Shown here one piece after another: positions 17,565-25,686 of a stretch of DNA of 48,783 nt. Position 1 is the stretch's first letter; every line of letters starts with the position of its first letter. The position numbers were made by a program, and so were the translations under genes. The notes below the pieces were generated by a model, which saw only the letters and a program-made list of their open reading frames with translations, had not been told where the DNA came from and did not search any database. This stretch comes from an uncultured Streptomycetaceae bacterium (GTDB lineage: Bacteria; Pseudomonadota; Gammaproteobacteria; Burkholderiales; SG8-41), in NCBI GenBank assembly GCA_964564295.1, contig CAZMBS010000003.1, positions 1 through 48,783 on the forward strand, read 5' to 3'.

Positions 17565-18305
17565 ATGCAGCGTCCGCTCACCATCACGCATACGTCCGAC
17601 GTGCACCTCAACGACGAGGCGGACGGCCCGCGCGTGCGCGAGGCGTTCACGCAGGTCGTCGACGCGGTGCTCGACACGGACTCCGATCTTTTCCTGATCG
17701 CGGGCGACCTGTTCGACCACAACGCGGTGCGGCGCGACACGGTCGAGTTCGCGTGCGCGCAGCTCGCGCGCGTGCGCTGCCCGACGGTCATCATCGTCGG
17801 CAATCACGACTGCTGGGCCGATGATGCGGTCATGAAGCGCATGAATTTTCGTCGCGCGGGGCGCCACGTGACGCTGCTCGACGCGGCGGAAGGCGCGCAG
17901 GTCGCTTTCCCCGGTCTGCACGCGACGGTATGGGGACGCTGCATGCTCGACCACGACCGCGCCAACAAGCCGCTCGCGGGCGTGCCGTCGCGCCGGGGCG
18001 GCCTGTGGCACATCGGCATGGCACACGGGCTCTATGCCGAGGATCCCGACACCGAGCGCTCGTCGCTGATCACGCCGGCGGAGATCGCAGCTTCGGGTTT
18101 CGACTACCTCGCGCTCGGCCACGTGCATGCCCACCGGCAGATGCGCCACGGCGGCACGCTCGCGTGTTATCCAGGCGTCGCCGCGCCGCACCTCGGAACG
18201 ATCGCGAGCGGCTGCGTTGCGCTCGTCACGCTCACGCCCGGCAAGGGCGCGCGCGCGGTTGCGCACGCGATCGGCGCCGGGCAACGTGGGCGGCGCCGCG
18301 CCTGA
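17565..18305 (+). CDS. calcineurin-like metallophosphoesterase (SbcD/Mre11-like catalytic domain only)
   Basis: 246-aa ORF with the ordered motifs HTSDVHL (DxH), IAGDLFD (GD), VGNHD (GNHD/E) and ALGHVHAH (GHxH). Confidence 0.8.
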   Translation: MQRPLTITHTSDVHLNDEADGPRVREAFTQVVDAVLDTDSDLFLIAGDLFDHNAVRRDTVEFACAQLARVRCPTVIIVGNHDCWADDAVMKRMNFRRAGRHVTLLDAAEGAQVAFPGLHATVWGRCMLDHDRANKPLAGVPSRRGGLWHIGMAHGLYAEDPDTERSSLITPAEIAASGFDYLALGHVHAHRQMRHGGTLACYPGVAAPHLGTIASGCVALVTLTPGKGARAVAHAIGAGQRGRRRA

Positions 18306-18332
18306 CCGCGTTTCCGGAGAAACAGGCAGGCC

Positions 18333-19295
18333 TCAATTCGGCTTCACGCCGGCGTTGCGGGCCACCCTGGTCCAGACGTCGATTTCGCTCCTGATCTGCG
18401 CGGCGAACTGATCCGGCGAATTGAGTATGATCTCCGAGCCGAGCGCTTCGTAGCGTTCCCGCATTTCGGCGGTCTTGAATGTGGCCGCGACTTCGTCGTA
18501 CACGCGCGTGACGATCGCACGCGGCGTACCCGCCGGCGCGAGCAACGCGTACCAGCCGCCGGCTTCCGCGCCGGTGATGCCTGCCTCAGCAAGCGTGGGC
18601 AGGTCGGGCGCGATTTTCAACCGCGACGGGCCTGCAACCGCCAGCGGGCGAATACGCCTCGCGGTCACGAACGGGTGCTGGTTCTGAAAGGAATCGAACA
18701 CGACGGTAACTTCGCCCGCGACCACCGCCGTCGCCATCGGGCCGCCGCCCTTGTACGGAACGTGCGTCATCTGCGTGCCGGTCTTGAGCATGAAGAGTTC
18801 CATCGCGAAATGCGCGACGCTCGCCGGTCCGAACGAACCGAACGGAATCTGTCCGGGCCGGGCCTTGGCAAGCGCCACGAGGTCTTTTGCGCTCCTGACC
18901 GGCAGCGAGGGATGCGCGAACAGGCCGAACGGCGCCGCGAACGCGATGGTGATCGGAGCAAAGTCGCGCGTCGCGCTGAACGGCAACTTCGGAAATACCG
19001 CGGAGTTCATGACGAGCTGGCCGTTGGTGCCCGCAAGCAGCGTGTAGCCGTCGGGCGCCGACTTTGCCACCAGTTCCACGCCGATGATGCCGTTCGCGCC
19101 GGGCCGATTGTCGACGACAAAACTCTGACCGGTTGCGACGGTGAGCCGCTGCGCGGCCACGCGGGCCATGACGTCCAGCACGCCGCCGGCCGCCGTGGGG
19201 TTGATGATGCGCACCGGCTTGACGGGCCAGTCCTGTGCCGCAGCGGACGTCAGCGCACAGCCCAGAATCAACCCGGCCGGAACGTCAATCCGCAT
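18333..19295 (-). CDS. Bug/TctC-family periplasmic substrate-binding protein
   Basis: The real start is ATG 19295 (MRIDVPAGLILGCALTSAAAQD). Bug blocks PVRIINPTAAGGVLD, VVDNRPGANGIIG, PDGYTLLA, PGQIPFGSFGPASVAHFAME and HVPYKGGGPM. Confidence 0.9.
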   Translation of the reverse strand: MRIDVPAGLILGCALTSAAAQDWPVKPVRIINPTAAGGVLDVMARVAAQRLTVATGQSFVVDNRPGANGIIGVELVAKSAPDGYTLLAGTNGQLVMNSAVFPKLPFSATRDFAPITIAFAAPFGLFAHPSLPVRSAKDLVALAKARPGQIPFGSFGPASVAHFAMELFMLKTGTQMTHVPYKGGGPMATAVVAGEVTVVFDSFQNQHPFVTARRIRPLAVAGPSRLKIAPDLPTLAEAGITGAEAGGWYALLAPAGTPRAIVTRVYDEVAATFKTAEMRERYEALGSEIILNSPDQFAAQIRSEIDVWTRVARNAGVKPN

Positions 19296-19418
19296 GGCAA
19301 TCCCCCGTCGTTTTGTCCGATGCACCGATGCTCCCATACTGACGATCGGCCGTCCACCGGCCGCCGCTGGTCCCGGGGCGTAGAATCCCGTGCCATCCGG
19401 AACAATCCACGTCAATTC

Positions 19419-20531
19419 ATGAACACCGCAGCGAACGCCGTTTTGGCTTCCGACGCCGTCCAGACGATAGACCGCTTCGTCACGCACGTGTCCACCGTGC
19501 CCGCGAACCTCGGGCAGACCGTGGGTCTGCACCTGCGCGAAAAGGTGCTGCCGTCGGTTGCCGCGGCCGCGAATCCCGAAGTCGTCTTGTTCGTGCACGG
19601 GGGGTTTTCGCCGTCGAACGTCGCCTACGACCTCGAGTTTCGCGACGACTACAGCTTCATGCGCGTGCTCGCGCGCGCGGGCTACGATGTCTTCGCGATG
19701 ACGCACACTGCGTACGGCGCGTCGCCCAAGCCGATGATGGACGACCCCTGCAACGTGGATGCCGCCTGCCAGCACCACCTGATACCCCACGTGCTGAAGG
19801 AGAAATGCGCGCCGCGCTACCCGTTCAAACTCGTGTCGAGCCGCACCGAGCACGACGAGGTGGAGACCGTGGTCGCGTTCATTCGGGCGCTGCGCAATGT
19901 GGAGCGCATCAGCCTGATCGGGTGGTCCACGGGCACGCCGCGCGCGGGCGGCTTTGCCGCGACGCATCCGGATCAGGTGGAGCGGCTCGTGTTGTTCGGC
20001 CCCGCGCCGTATTTTCCCGCCGACGCGCCGCCCGATCCGTATCCGGAGGCGGGCGCGCCGATGATCCTGCAGAGCTGGGACATGCTGATGCGCGACCGGT
20101 GGGAGAAAAACTGCCTCAGCGAGGGGCAGGTCGAGCACCCGGAGGTGCGCGAACGCATGTGGCGTGCGCTGATGCAGGAAGACGGGCTCGGCGCGCAGTG
20201 GACCGCCGACGGGCGTGGCATCATGCGCGCGCCCAACCGCATGAATTTCGGCTGGCGCGCCAACATCGGGAAAATCCGCGCGCCGACGCTGTTCCTGCTC
20301 GGCGAGCACGACAACTATGCGGTCCGCGTGAAAACGTGGGACGGCCTGTCGATGGACAACCGCGTGTTCATCCGGGTCGGCTGCGCGTCGCACTTCATGC
20401 AGTACGAGCGCGTGCGCCACGTGCTGCATCGCGCGACGCTCGACTGGCTCGCCGGCGCGACGATCGAAGGGCAATCGCGCGCGGTACTGTGCTCGGACGC
20501 CGACGGCAGGCTGCATCCGCTGCGGGACTGA
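19419..20531 (+). CDS. alpha/beta-fold hydrolase
   Basis: The coding part starts at ATG 19419 (MNTAANAVLASD...). It shows VVLFVHGGFSPS, the nucleophile elbow LIGWSTGTP, FLLGEHDNY and a late His (CASHFMQYE). It is divergent from the Bug gene at 19295. Confidence 0.8.
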   Translation: MNTAANAVLASDAVQTIDRFVTHVSTVPANLGQTVGLHLREKVLPSVAAAANPEVVLFVHGGFSPSNVAYDLEFRDDYSFMRVLARAGYDVFAMTHTAYGASPKPMMDDPCNVDAACQHHLIPHVLKEKCAPRYPFKLVSSRTEHDEVETVVAFIRALRNVERISLIGWSTGTPRAGGFAATHPDQVERLVLFGPAPYFPADAPPDPYPEAGAPMILQSWDMLMRDRWEKNCLSEGQVEHPEVRERMWRALMQEDGLGAQWTADGRGIMRAPNRMNFGWRANIGKIRAPTLFLLGEHDNYAVRVKTWDGLSMDNRVFIRVGCASHFMQYERVRHVLHRATLDWLAGATIEGQSRAVLCSDADGRLHPLRD

Positions 20532-20598
20532 CGGCTGTCCGGATGTTGATGTGCGTCAAGCAGCGATGTGCATGTCCCGTATAGGGTGTCGGCGATGA

Positions 20599-21093
20599 AT
20601 GTTGCGGAAGGCATCGAACGAACGCAGGGCGGCGGCGATGTACGACAACTGGCAGGCTAACGGCGCGGTCGTCGCCGCCACCGCCGCCGCCGTCACGCTC
20701 GCGGTGCTCGTGCACTACGAGGGCCTCCTCGTCGTGTCGCGCAAGCTGCAGCGCCAAGGCGGTCGCCAGCGCGCGAAAGTGCTGTATGCGATTTTTTCGG
20801 TGCTGGTGCTTCATGTGATCGAAATCTGGCTCTTCGGGCTCGTGCTGTGGGCGCTGCTGCATTGGCCGGCGTGCGGCAGCCTCGTCGTCGCCGGTGTGCC
20901 CGGCGCGCCGGCATTCTTCGACGCGATCTACCTTTCCGCCATCACGTTTACCACGGTCGGCTTTGGTGATGTGGTGCCGGTCGGACCGATCCGTTTCCTG
21001 TCCGGCACCGAGGCGCTGACGGGCTTCGTGCTGGTCACGTGGTCCGCGTCATTCACGTATCTGGAGATGGAGCGCTTCTGGCGCGCTCCCTGA
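20599..21093 (+). CDS. minimal K+-channel-like protein (Ion_trans_2 pore module only)
   Basis: 164-aa ORF with hydrophobic helices flanking a pore-loop and selectivity-filter-like sequence, YLSAITFTTVGFGDVVP. No cytoplasmic regulatory domain is present. Alternative start ATG 20638 (MYDNW). Confidence 0.7.
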   Translation: MLRKASNERRAAAMYDNWQANGAVVAATAAAVTLAVLVHYEGLLVVSRKLQRQGGRQRAKVLYAIFSVLVLHVIEIWLFGLVLWALLHWPACGSLVVAGVPGAPAFFDAIYLSAITFTTVGFGDVVPVGPIRFLSGTEALTGFVLVTWSASFTYLEMERFWRAP

Positions 21094-21213
21094 CATCGAA
21101 AGGGCGGATTTGGTAAATCGATGAATATCATGAGGTTTTCGCGCAGGATTCGTCCGGGTGTCCGCGCGTGAAAGGTAATGCGCGCCGGGACGACCAAGGC
21201 ACAGGAGGCAAGA

Positions 21214-21849
21214 ATGAACGAAGAACGGGGCATTTGCAGTGATCCGCGGCGGCGTGCGTTTCTGGCGACGTCGGTGGCAGCGGGCGCATTGCTTGCGTTT
21301 TCCGGAAGGGCGCGCGCGCAAGTGCATGCGATGACCGGCGAAATTTACGTGAACGGCCAGCGCGCGCAGGCCGACGCAACGTTGCGTGCGGGCGATCGCA
21401 TCCTGACCGGCCCGGACAGCACCCTGACGTTTGCCGTCGGGCAGGATGCGTTTCACGTGCGCCAGCTCACGTCGTTCCAGGTCGAGGCCACCGGCGCGCT
21501 GGTTTCGGGCCTGCGCATACTCACGGGCGCGCTCGTTGGCGTGTTCGGCAAGGGGCCGAAACAGATCCGAACCGCGACGGTCACGGCCGGCATACGCGGC
21601 ACCGGCGTCTACATCGAGGCGAATCCGGTGCTCACGTATTTCTGCACCTGCTACGGCGAGGTCGATCTCGAATGCGTCGGTTACAAGTCGACCAAACGCG
21701 TCAGCGCGACCAATCATTCGCCGAACTACGTGTTCGCGGAGGTGCTGAAAGGCGCATCCATCGTCGACGCGCCGCGCATCAATCACACCAATGCCGAGCT
21801 CGCGATGCTGGAACGGCTCGTCGGGCGCGAGTCGCCGCTGAAATCTTGA
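21214..21849 (+). CDS. Tat-exported FecR-domain protein
   Basis: AGGAGG Shine-Dalgarno before ATG 21214. Twin-arginine signal DPRRRAFLATSVAAGALLAFSGRARA. FecR-like beta-rich segment GEIYVNGQRAQADATLRAGDRILTGPDSTLTFAVGQDAFHV. Confidence 0.7.
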   Translation: MNEERGICSDPRRRAFLATSVAAGALLAFSGRARAQVHAMTGEIYVNGQRAQADATLRAGDRILTGPDSTLTFAVGQDAFHVRQLTSFQVEATGALVSGLRILTGALVGVFGKGPKQIRTATVTAGIRGTGVYIEANPVLTYFCTCYGEVDLECVGYKSTKRVSATNHSPNYVFAEVLKGASIVDAPRINHTNAELAMLERLVGRESPLKS

Positions 21850-21878
21850 ATGGCGCCTGAGGCCGGCGGGAAACAAAC

Positions 21879-21956
21879 GTAGGGCGGATGAGCGCAGCGT
21901 TATCCGCCGCCAGAAGCGCCGCATGCGGCGGAAGGCGCTGCGCTTTTCCGCCCTAC
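21879..21956. repeat. pair of REP-type palindromic units in inverted orientation (BIME-like) between convergent genes
   Basis: Unit 1 is GTAGGGCGGATGAGCGCAGCGTTATCCGCC. The reverse complement of the right end is GTAGGGCGGAAAAGCGCAGCGCCTTCCGCC. The outer arms GTAGGGCGGA and TCCGCCCTAC are perfect complements. Confidence 0.75.
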
Positions 21957-21971
21957 CACATCAACAAATTC

Positions 21972-22829
21972 CTAGAGGATTTCCGCGCGCCCGTTGTTGA
22001 GCACCGTCACGCCGCGCGCGGGCACGGTCGAGCGGAAGGTCGCCACGTTGCCGTCGCGCCAGATTTCGGTGCGGATGGTTTCGCCGGGATACACCGGCGA
22101 GGCAAAGCGGCCTTCCATGCTCTTCAGCCGGGACGAATCGTAATCGCAGCACGACTTGAGCAGCGCGTGGCCGGCGACGCTGAACGTCGCGCGCCCATGC
22201 AGGATCGGCATCCTGTAGCCCGCTTTCTGCGCGTACGCGGGGCTCGCATGCAGCGGGTTGTAATCGCCCGACAGCCGGTAGATCAGTGCGGCCTGGGGCA
22301 GCGTCGGCAGGTCGCACACGATATCGGGCTGCGATGCGGGAATCGGATGCACGGGTTTGACCGGGCCCGACGGTCCGCCGAAGCCGCCGTCCGCGCGGCA
22401 GAACGTCGTCGACGTCAGCGTGCAGATCGTCGCGCCGGTCGCCTTGTCGCGGACATCGCACGACGTCAGCACGAGCGCGCCCTTGTCCCTGCCCTTGTCG
22501 AGCACGCCGGTGACGCGCGTCTTGCCGACGATCGCGCCCTCGACCGGCAGCGGTTTCAGGATCGTGAAGCTCTGTTCGCCGTGCACCACGTGGCTGCGCG
22601 TGATGCCGGTGTCGAAGTGCGCGTGCCAGGGCCCCGGGTAGCCGAGGATGATGGCCATCGTCGGCAGGGCCTTCAGCCCATCCTCGTAGACGAACCGCAG
22701 TTGTTTTTCGTCGCACGGATCGGCGCCGAGGCCGACGCCGAGCGCGTAGAGGATGGTGTCGCGTTTGCTGAGGGTCTGCTCGACTTCGGGTATGTCGATG
22801 CGGAGCAATGCTTCGGTATTGATGGGCAC
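21972..22829 (-). CDS. MaoC-like (R)-specific enoyl-CoA hydratase/dehydratase, double hot-dog
   Basis: 285-aa ORF with an N-terminal pseudo-hot-dog and a C-terminal hot-dog. The latter carries the hydratase-2 motif context YRLSGDYNPLHASPAYAQKAGYRMPILHG. Confidence 0.85.
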   Translation of the reverse strand: MPINTEALLRIDIPEVEQTLSKRDTILYALGVGLGADPCDEKQLRFVYEDGLKALPTMAIILGYPGPWHAHFDTGITRSHVVHGEQSFTILKPLPVEGAIVGKTRVTGVLDKGRDKGALVLTSCDVRDKATGATICTLTSTTFCRADGGFGGPSGPVKPVHPIPASQPDIVCDLPTLPQAALIYRLSGDYNPLHASPAYAQKAGYRMPILHGRATFSVAGHALLKSCCDYDSSRLKSMEGRFASPVYPGETIRTEIWRDGNVATFRSTVPARGVTVLNNGRAEIL

Positions 22830-22887
22830 GGCGGGCTTTCCGGGAATGCCGGCGCGATCACCGCATGCGGCGTCGCGCTCCGGCGCA

Positions 22888-22918
22888 AATAAAAAATGGT
22901 ATCACGGCAATGCCGTGC
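22888..22918 (-). terminator. weak intrinsic-terminator-like hairpin + T-run after the methyltransferase gene
   Basis: On the minus strand, directly after the TAG, comes the stem GCACGGC/GCCGTG with a 3-nt loop, then ATACCA, then TTTTTTATTT. The stem is short and the T-run does not abut it. Confidence 0.3.
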
Positions 22919-24157
22919 CTACGGCTTGTGAAAAAGCGCGATGCGGTTCGAGTTGGTTCCGGCCTTGTTGTTGGAAACGCCCCAGATGTTCGCGGTCTTC
23001 GTGAACTGCTGCGCGTTGATGAGGATCGCCTGGCAGCCGAACCCGGCGGCGACGCCGAGCGGCGCCACGACTTCCTCGAGCTTGATCGTGCCACGTCGCA
23101 CTTCGCCCACCTCGAAGGCAACCCATCCGCCGGGCCGCGTGACGCGGTAGAGTTCCCGGATCACGCGGCCCATCGCCACGGACCAGTCGTCGACGTTCGG
23201 GCACAGCGTGATGCGGCTGCCGATGGTTTCCGCGTCGTAGCCGTTGAACCAGCAGCGCATCCAGTTGTCCCGCGCGTACTGCACGACGTTGAGAAACGGC
23301 GGCGAGGTCACCGTAAGATCGATGCTGTCGGAGGCGATTGCCGCGGTCGATGCGGCGTCGCATTCCAGGAAGCGCGCATGGCCCGCGGCCCTTTGCAGGC
23401 GCCAGCGGTCGCCCGCGTTGAGCGCCGCCTGCAACTGCATCGATTTGCGCAGAATCAGCGCGCGCACGTCGCGGTAGGCCGGTTCCTGGCCGAGTTTCTC
23501 GTTGATCCGGATCTGGTTCTCGGGCGTGACGGCCTGATTCGGCGGCAGCGTGTAGACCGAGAAAAAGCCGGGAGAATGGCCGGTCAGGCGGTTGGTGGCC
23601 ACCATGCGTATCCAGCGGTCCGCGCTGTCCTCCGTGCCGTCTTCGCGACGGCGCAGCAGGTAGTTCCGCAGATTCAGGAGCTCGCGTTCCGTGTCGCGGT
23701 GGAAAAACATCGACAGGTCGATGTCGGCCTGCAGCTTCGCATTGAGCCGCAGCGTGCGCAGCCGCACGTCGATTTCCGTGACGTTGGGCGCTTCGAGCCG
23801 CGGCCGCGTGAGGATGGCCGACAGCGGATTCACGTCGTTCGCGATGACTGCCCGTCCGAGCAGCGCGGCCTCGACCGCGGTCGTTCCGCGCCCGCTGAAC
23901 GGGTCGTACACCGTATCGCCCGGCTCGGTGAGCCGCTCGATGAAATAGGCCGGCAGCTGCGGCTTGAAGCAGGCGCGGTACGCGACTTCGTGCAGCGGAC
24001 TCGCCTGCCGCTGTTTGGCGGTCCACAGCTCCTCCTGGTACACCGGTACCGCGACGTTTTCCGCTTCGCGCGACACCGCGTGGGCGCGGCGGGACGCCGC
24101 GGATCGGTGCGTGAATTTGAGGTTGTGGTTGCGGGCGGACCGGGCAAGACCGAGCAT
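22919..24157 (-). CDS. solitary DNA methyltransferase (N6-adenine / N4-cytosine class), motif I before motif IV
   Basis: The start is set at ATG 24157 (AGGAGAG Shine-Dalgarno 7 nt upstream; MLGLARSARNH...). The AdoMet motif I is VYDPFSGRGTTAVEAALLG, near residue 90. The catalytic motif IV is LTVTSPPFLNVV, about 200 residues later. Confidence 0.8.
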   Translation of the reverse strand: MLGLARSARNHNLKFTHRSAASRRAHAVSREAENVAVPVYQEELWTAKQRQASPLHEVAYRACFKPQLPAYFIERLTEPGDTVYDPFSGRGTTAVEAALLGRAVIANDVNPLSAILTRPRLEAPNVTEIDVRLRTLRLNAKLQADIDLSMFFHRDTERELLNLRNYLLRRREDGTEDSADRWIRMVATNRLTGHSPGFFSVYTLPPNQAVTPENQIRINEKLGQEPAYRDVRALILRKSMQLQAALNAGDRWRLQRAAGHARFLECDAASTAAIASDSIDLTVTSPPFLNVVQYARDNWMRCWFNGYDAETIGSRITLCPNVDDWSVAMGRVIRELYRVTRPGGWVAFEVGEVRRGTIKLEEVVAPLGVAAGFGCQAILINAQQFTKTANIWGVSNNKAGTNSNRIALFHKP

Positions 24158-24402
24158 CGTGGACTCTCCTGTGGCTCTGGGTACTGCCGCAGCAGAGTAC
24201 GCCCCTTCGCAAAAAAGTACAACCCCCTGATTTGGAACGGACTGTGGACGTACGCGGGGCTGCCGTCGCGCGCTCCCGGGAGGTCCATGTTGCGGAATCG
24301 TCGGGTATCGCACGCTGCGCGCTGCCGTTTCCATCCGGACCCGCGCGCGATTATCATGCTTGTCTTTGCAGCACCCACATCAATTCCGGGAGGAGCAGTC
24401 AA

Positions 24403-24696
24403 ATGGCCAAAGGGTACTGGATCAATTTTTTCCGTTCGGTGAAGGATGCGGACAAGGTCGCGGCGTACGCGAAGCTCGCGGGCCCGGTCATGCAGGCCGC
24501 GGGGGCGAAGTTTCTTGTGCGCGGCAATCCGACGAAGGTGTACGAAGCGGGGCTCATGCAGCGCTGCGTCGTGATCGAATTCGACAGCGTGCAGAAGGCA
24601 ATGGCGGTGCACGACAGCCCGGGTTACCAGGAGGCGTTGAAGGCGCTCGGCGACGGCGCGGAACGCGACCTGCGGCTGGTCGAAGGCGTCGAGTGA
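24403..24696 (+). CDS. DUF1330-domain protein
   Basis: 97 aa beginning MAKGYWINFFRSVKDADKVAAYAKLAGPVMQAAGAKFLVRG...VVIEFDSVQKAMAVHDSPGYQEA. GGGAGGAG Shine-Dalgarno upstream. Its stop overlaps the GTG of the next gene (GTGA). Confidence 0.8.
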   Translation: MAKGYWINFFRSVKDADKVAAYAKLAGPVMQAAGAKFLVRGNPTKVYEAGLMQRCVVIEFDSVQKAMAVHDSPGYQEALKALGDGAERDLRLVEGVE

Positions 24697-25655
24697 CGCG
24701 CGCGCACGCGCTGCTCGCGGCCGTCGCGCTCGCGGCGGCGCTTCCGGCGGCCGCGCAGCCGTGGCCCGCGCGCCCGGTTCGCATCGTCGTGCCGTTCGCG
24801 CCCGGCGGCGGCGTCGATGCCGTTACGCGGTTTCTCGCGCAGAAGCTCTCGGAGCAGATCGGCGGTTCGTTCGTCGTCGAGAACCGGCCGGGCGCCGCGG
24901 GCGTGCTTGCCGCCGAACTCGTGGCGAAGTCGGCGCCCGACGGCTACACGCTGATGACGTCCGCACCGGAGTTCTCGATCAATCCGAGCGTGCGCCGGAA
25001 ACTCGCGTACGATCCGTTCCGCGACTTCACATACATCTCGCTGCTGACCGCGGGGCAGTTCATGCTCGCGACGCATCCGACGGTGCCGGTGAAAACGCTG
25101 AAGGAGGTGCTCGCGCTCGCGAAATCCCGGCCGGGGAAGCTGACCTACGGCTCGTCGGGTTCGGGCGGCATCAACCACCTCGCCGGCGAACTGCTGCAGT
25201 CGATGACCGGCATCCAGTGGCTGCACATACCGTTCAAGGGCGCGGGTCCGGCGATCATCGGGCTCATGGGCGGCGAAATCGATTTCGTGTTCGCGAGCAC
25301 GACGGGACTGGTCGGCCCGGTCCAGCTCGGCAAGGTGCGCCCCATCGCGGTGACCGGCGACCGGCGTTTCCCGGAATTGCCGCAGGTGCCGACCATCGCG
25401 GAAGCCGGCGTGCCGGGCTACAGCGTGGCGGGGTGGTACGGGTTTTACGCGCCGGCCGGACTTGCGCCGGACATGGTGCGCCGGCTACACGAGGAAGCCC
25501 GGCGCGGGCTCAACACGCCCGACATTCGGGAGAAGCTCCTGAAATCGGGCAACGAGCCCGTCGTGAGTTCGCCGGACGAGTTCGTCGGATTCATGCGCAA
25601 GGAAATCGCCAAGTGGGCGAAAGTCGTGAAGTCCGCCGATATCCGGGCGGAATGA
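24693..25655 (+). CDS. Bug/TctC-family periplasmic substrate-binding protein
   Basis: GTG start at 24693 (VTRAHALLAAVALAAALPAAAQ). Bug blocks PVRIVVPFAPGGGVD, VVENRPGAAGVLA, PDGYTLMT, PGKLTYGSSGSGGINHLAGE and HIPFKGAGPA. Confidence 0.88.
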   Translation: MTRAHALLAAVALAAALPAAAQPWPARPVRIVVPFAPGGGVDAVTRFLAQKLSEQIGGSFVVENRPGAAGVLAAELVAKSAPDGYTLMTSAPEFSINPSVRRKLAYDPFRDFTYISLLTAGQFMLATHPTVPVKTLKEVLALAKSRPGKLTYGSSGSGGINHLAGELLQSMTGIQWLHIPFKGAGPAIIGLMGGEIDFVFASTTGLVGPVQLGKVRPIAVTGDRRFPELPQVPTIAEAGVPGYSVAGWYGFYAPAGLAPDMVRRLHEEARRGLNTPDIREKLLKSGNEPVVSSPDEFVGFMRKEIAKWAKVVKSADIRAE

Positions 25656-25686
25656 TGCGCCGCGCGGGCGGCAGGAGGGAAAACGC

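Noticed and set aside
18299-18328. Terminator between the convergent phosphoesterase and Bug genes (GTTTC-CGGA-GAAAC within GCCTG...CAGGC)
   Set aside because: The stems are only 5 bp with large internal loops and no U-tract. This is too weak to call.
21919-22872. 12-mer CCGCATGCGGCG present twice (21919-21930 and 22861-22872), flanking the MaoC gene
   Set aside because: It is a GC-rich palindromic 12-mer, and my rough expectation for a chance second copy in this window is not negligible (order 0.05). There is no further similarity in the flanks, so I do not call it a repeat element or recombination scar.
22830-24402. Restriction-modification or defence island around the methyltransferase
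   Set aside because: No endonuclease, specificity subunit, helicase/ATPase or mobile-element gene is adjacent, and I see no obvious compositional break by eye. Only the solitary methyltransferase is reported.
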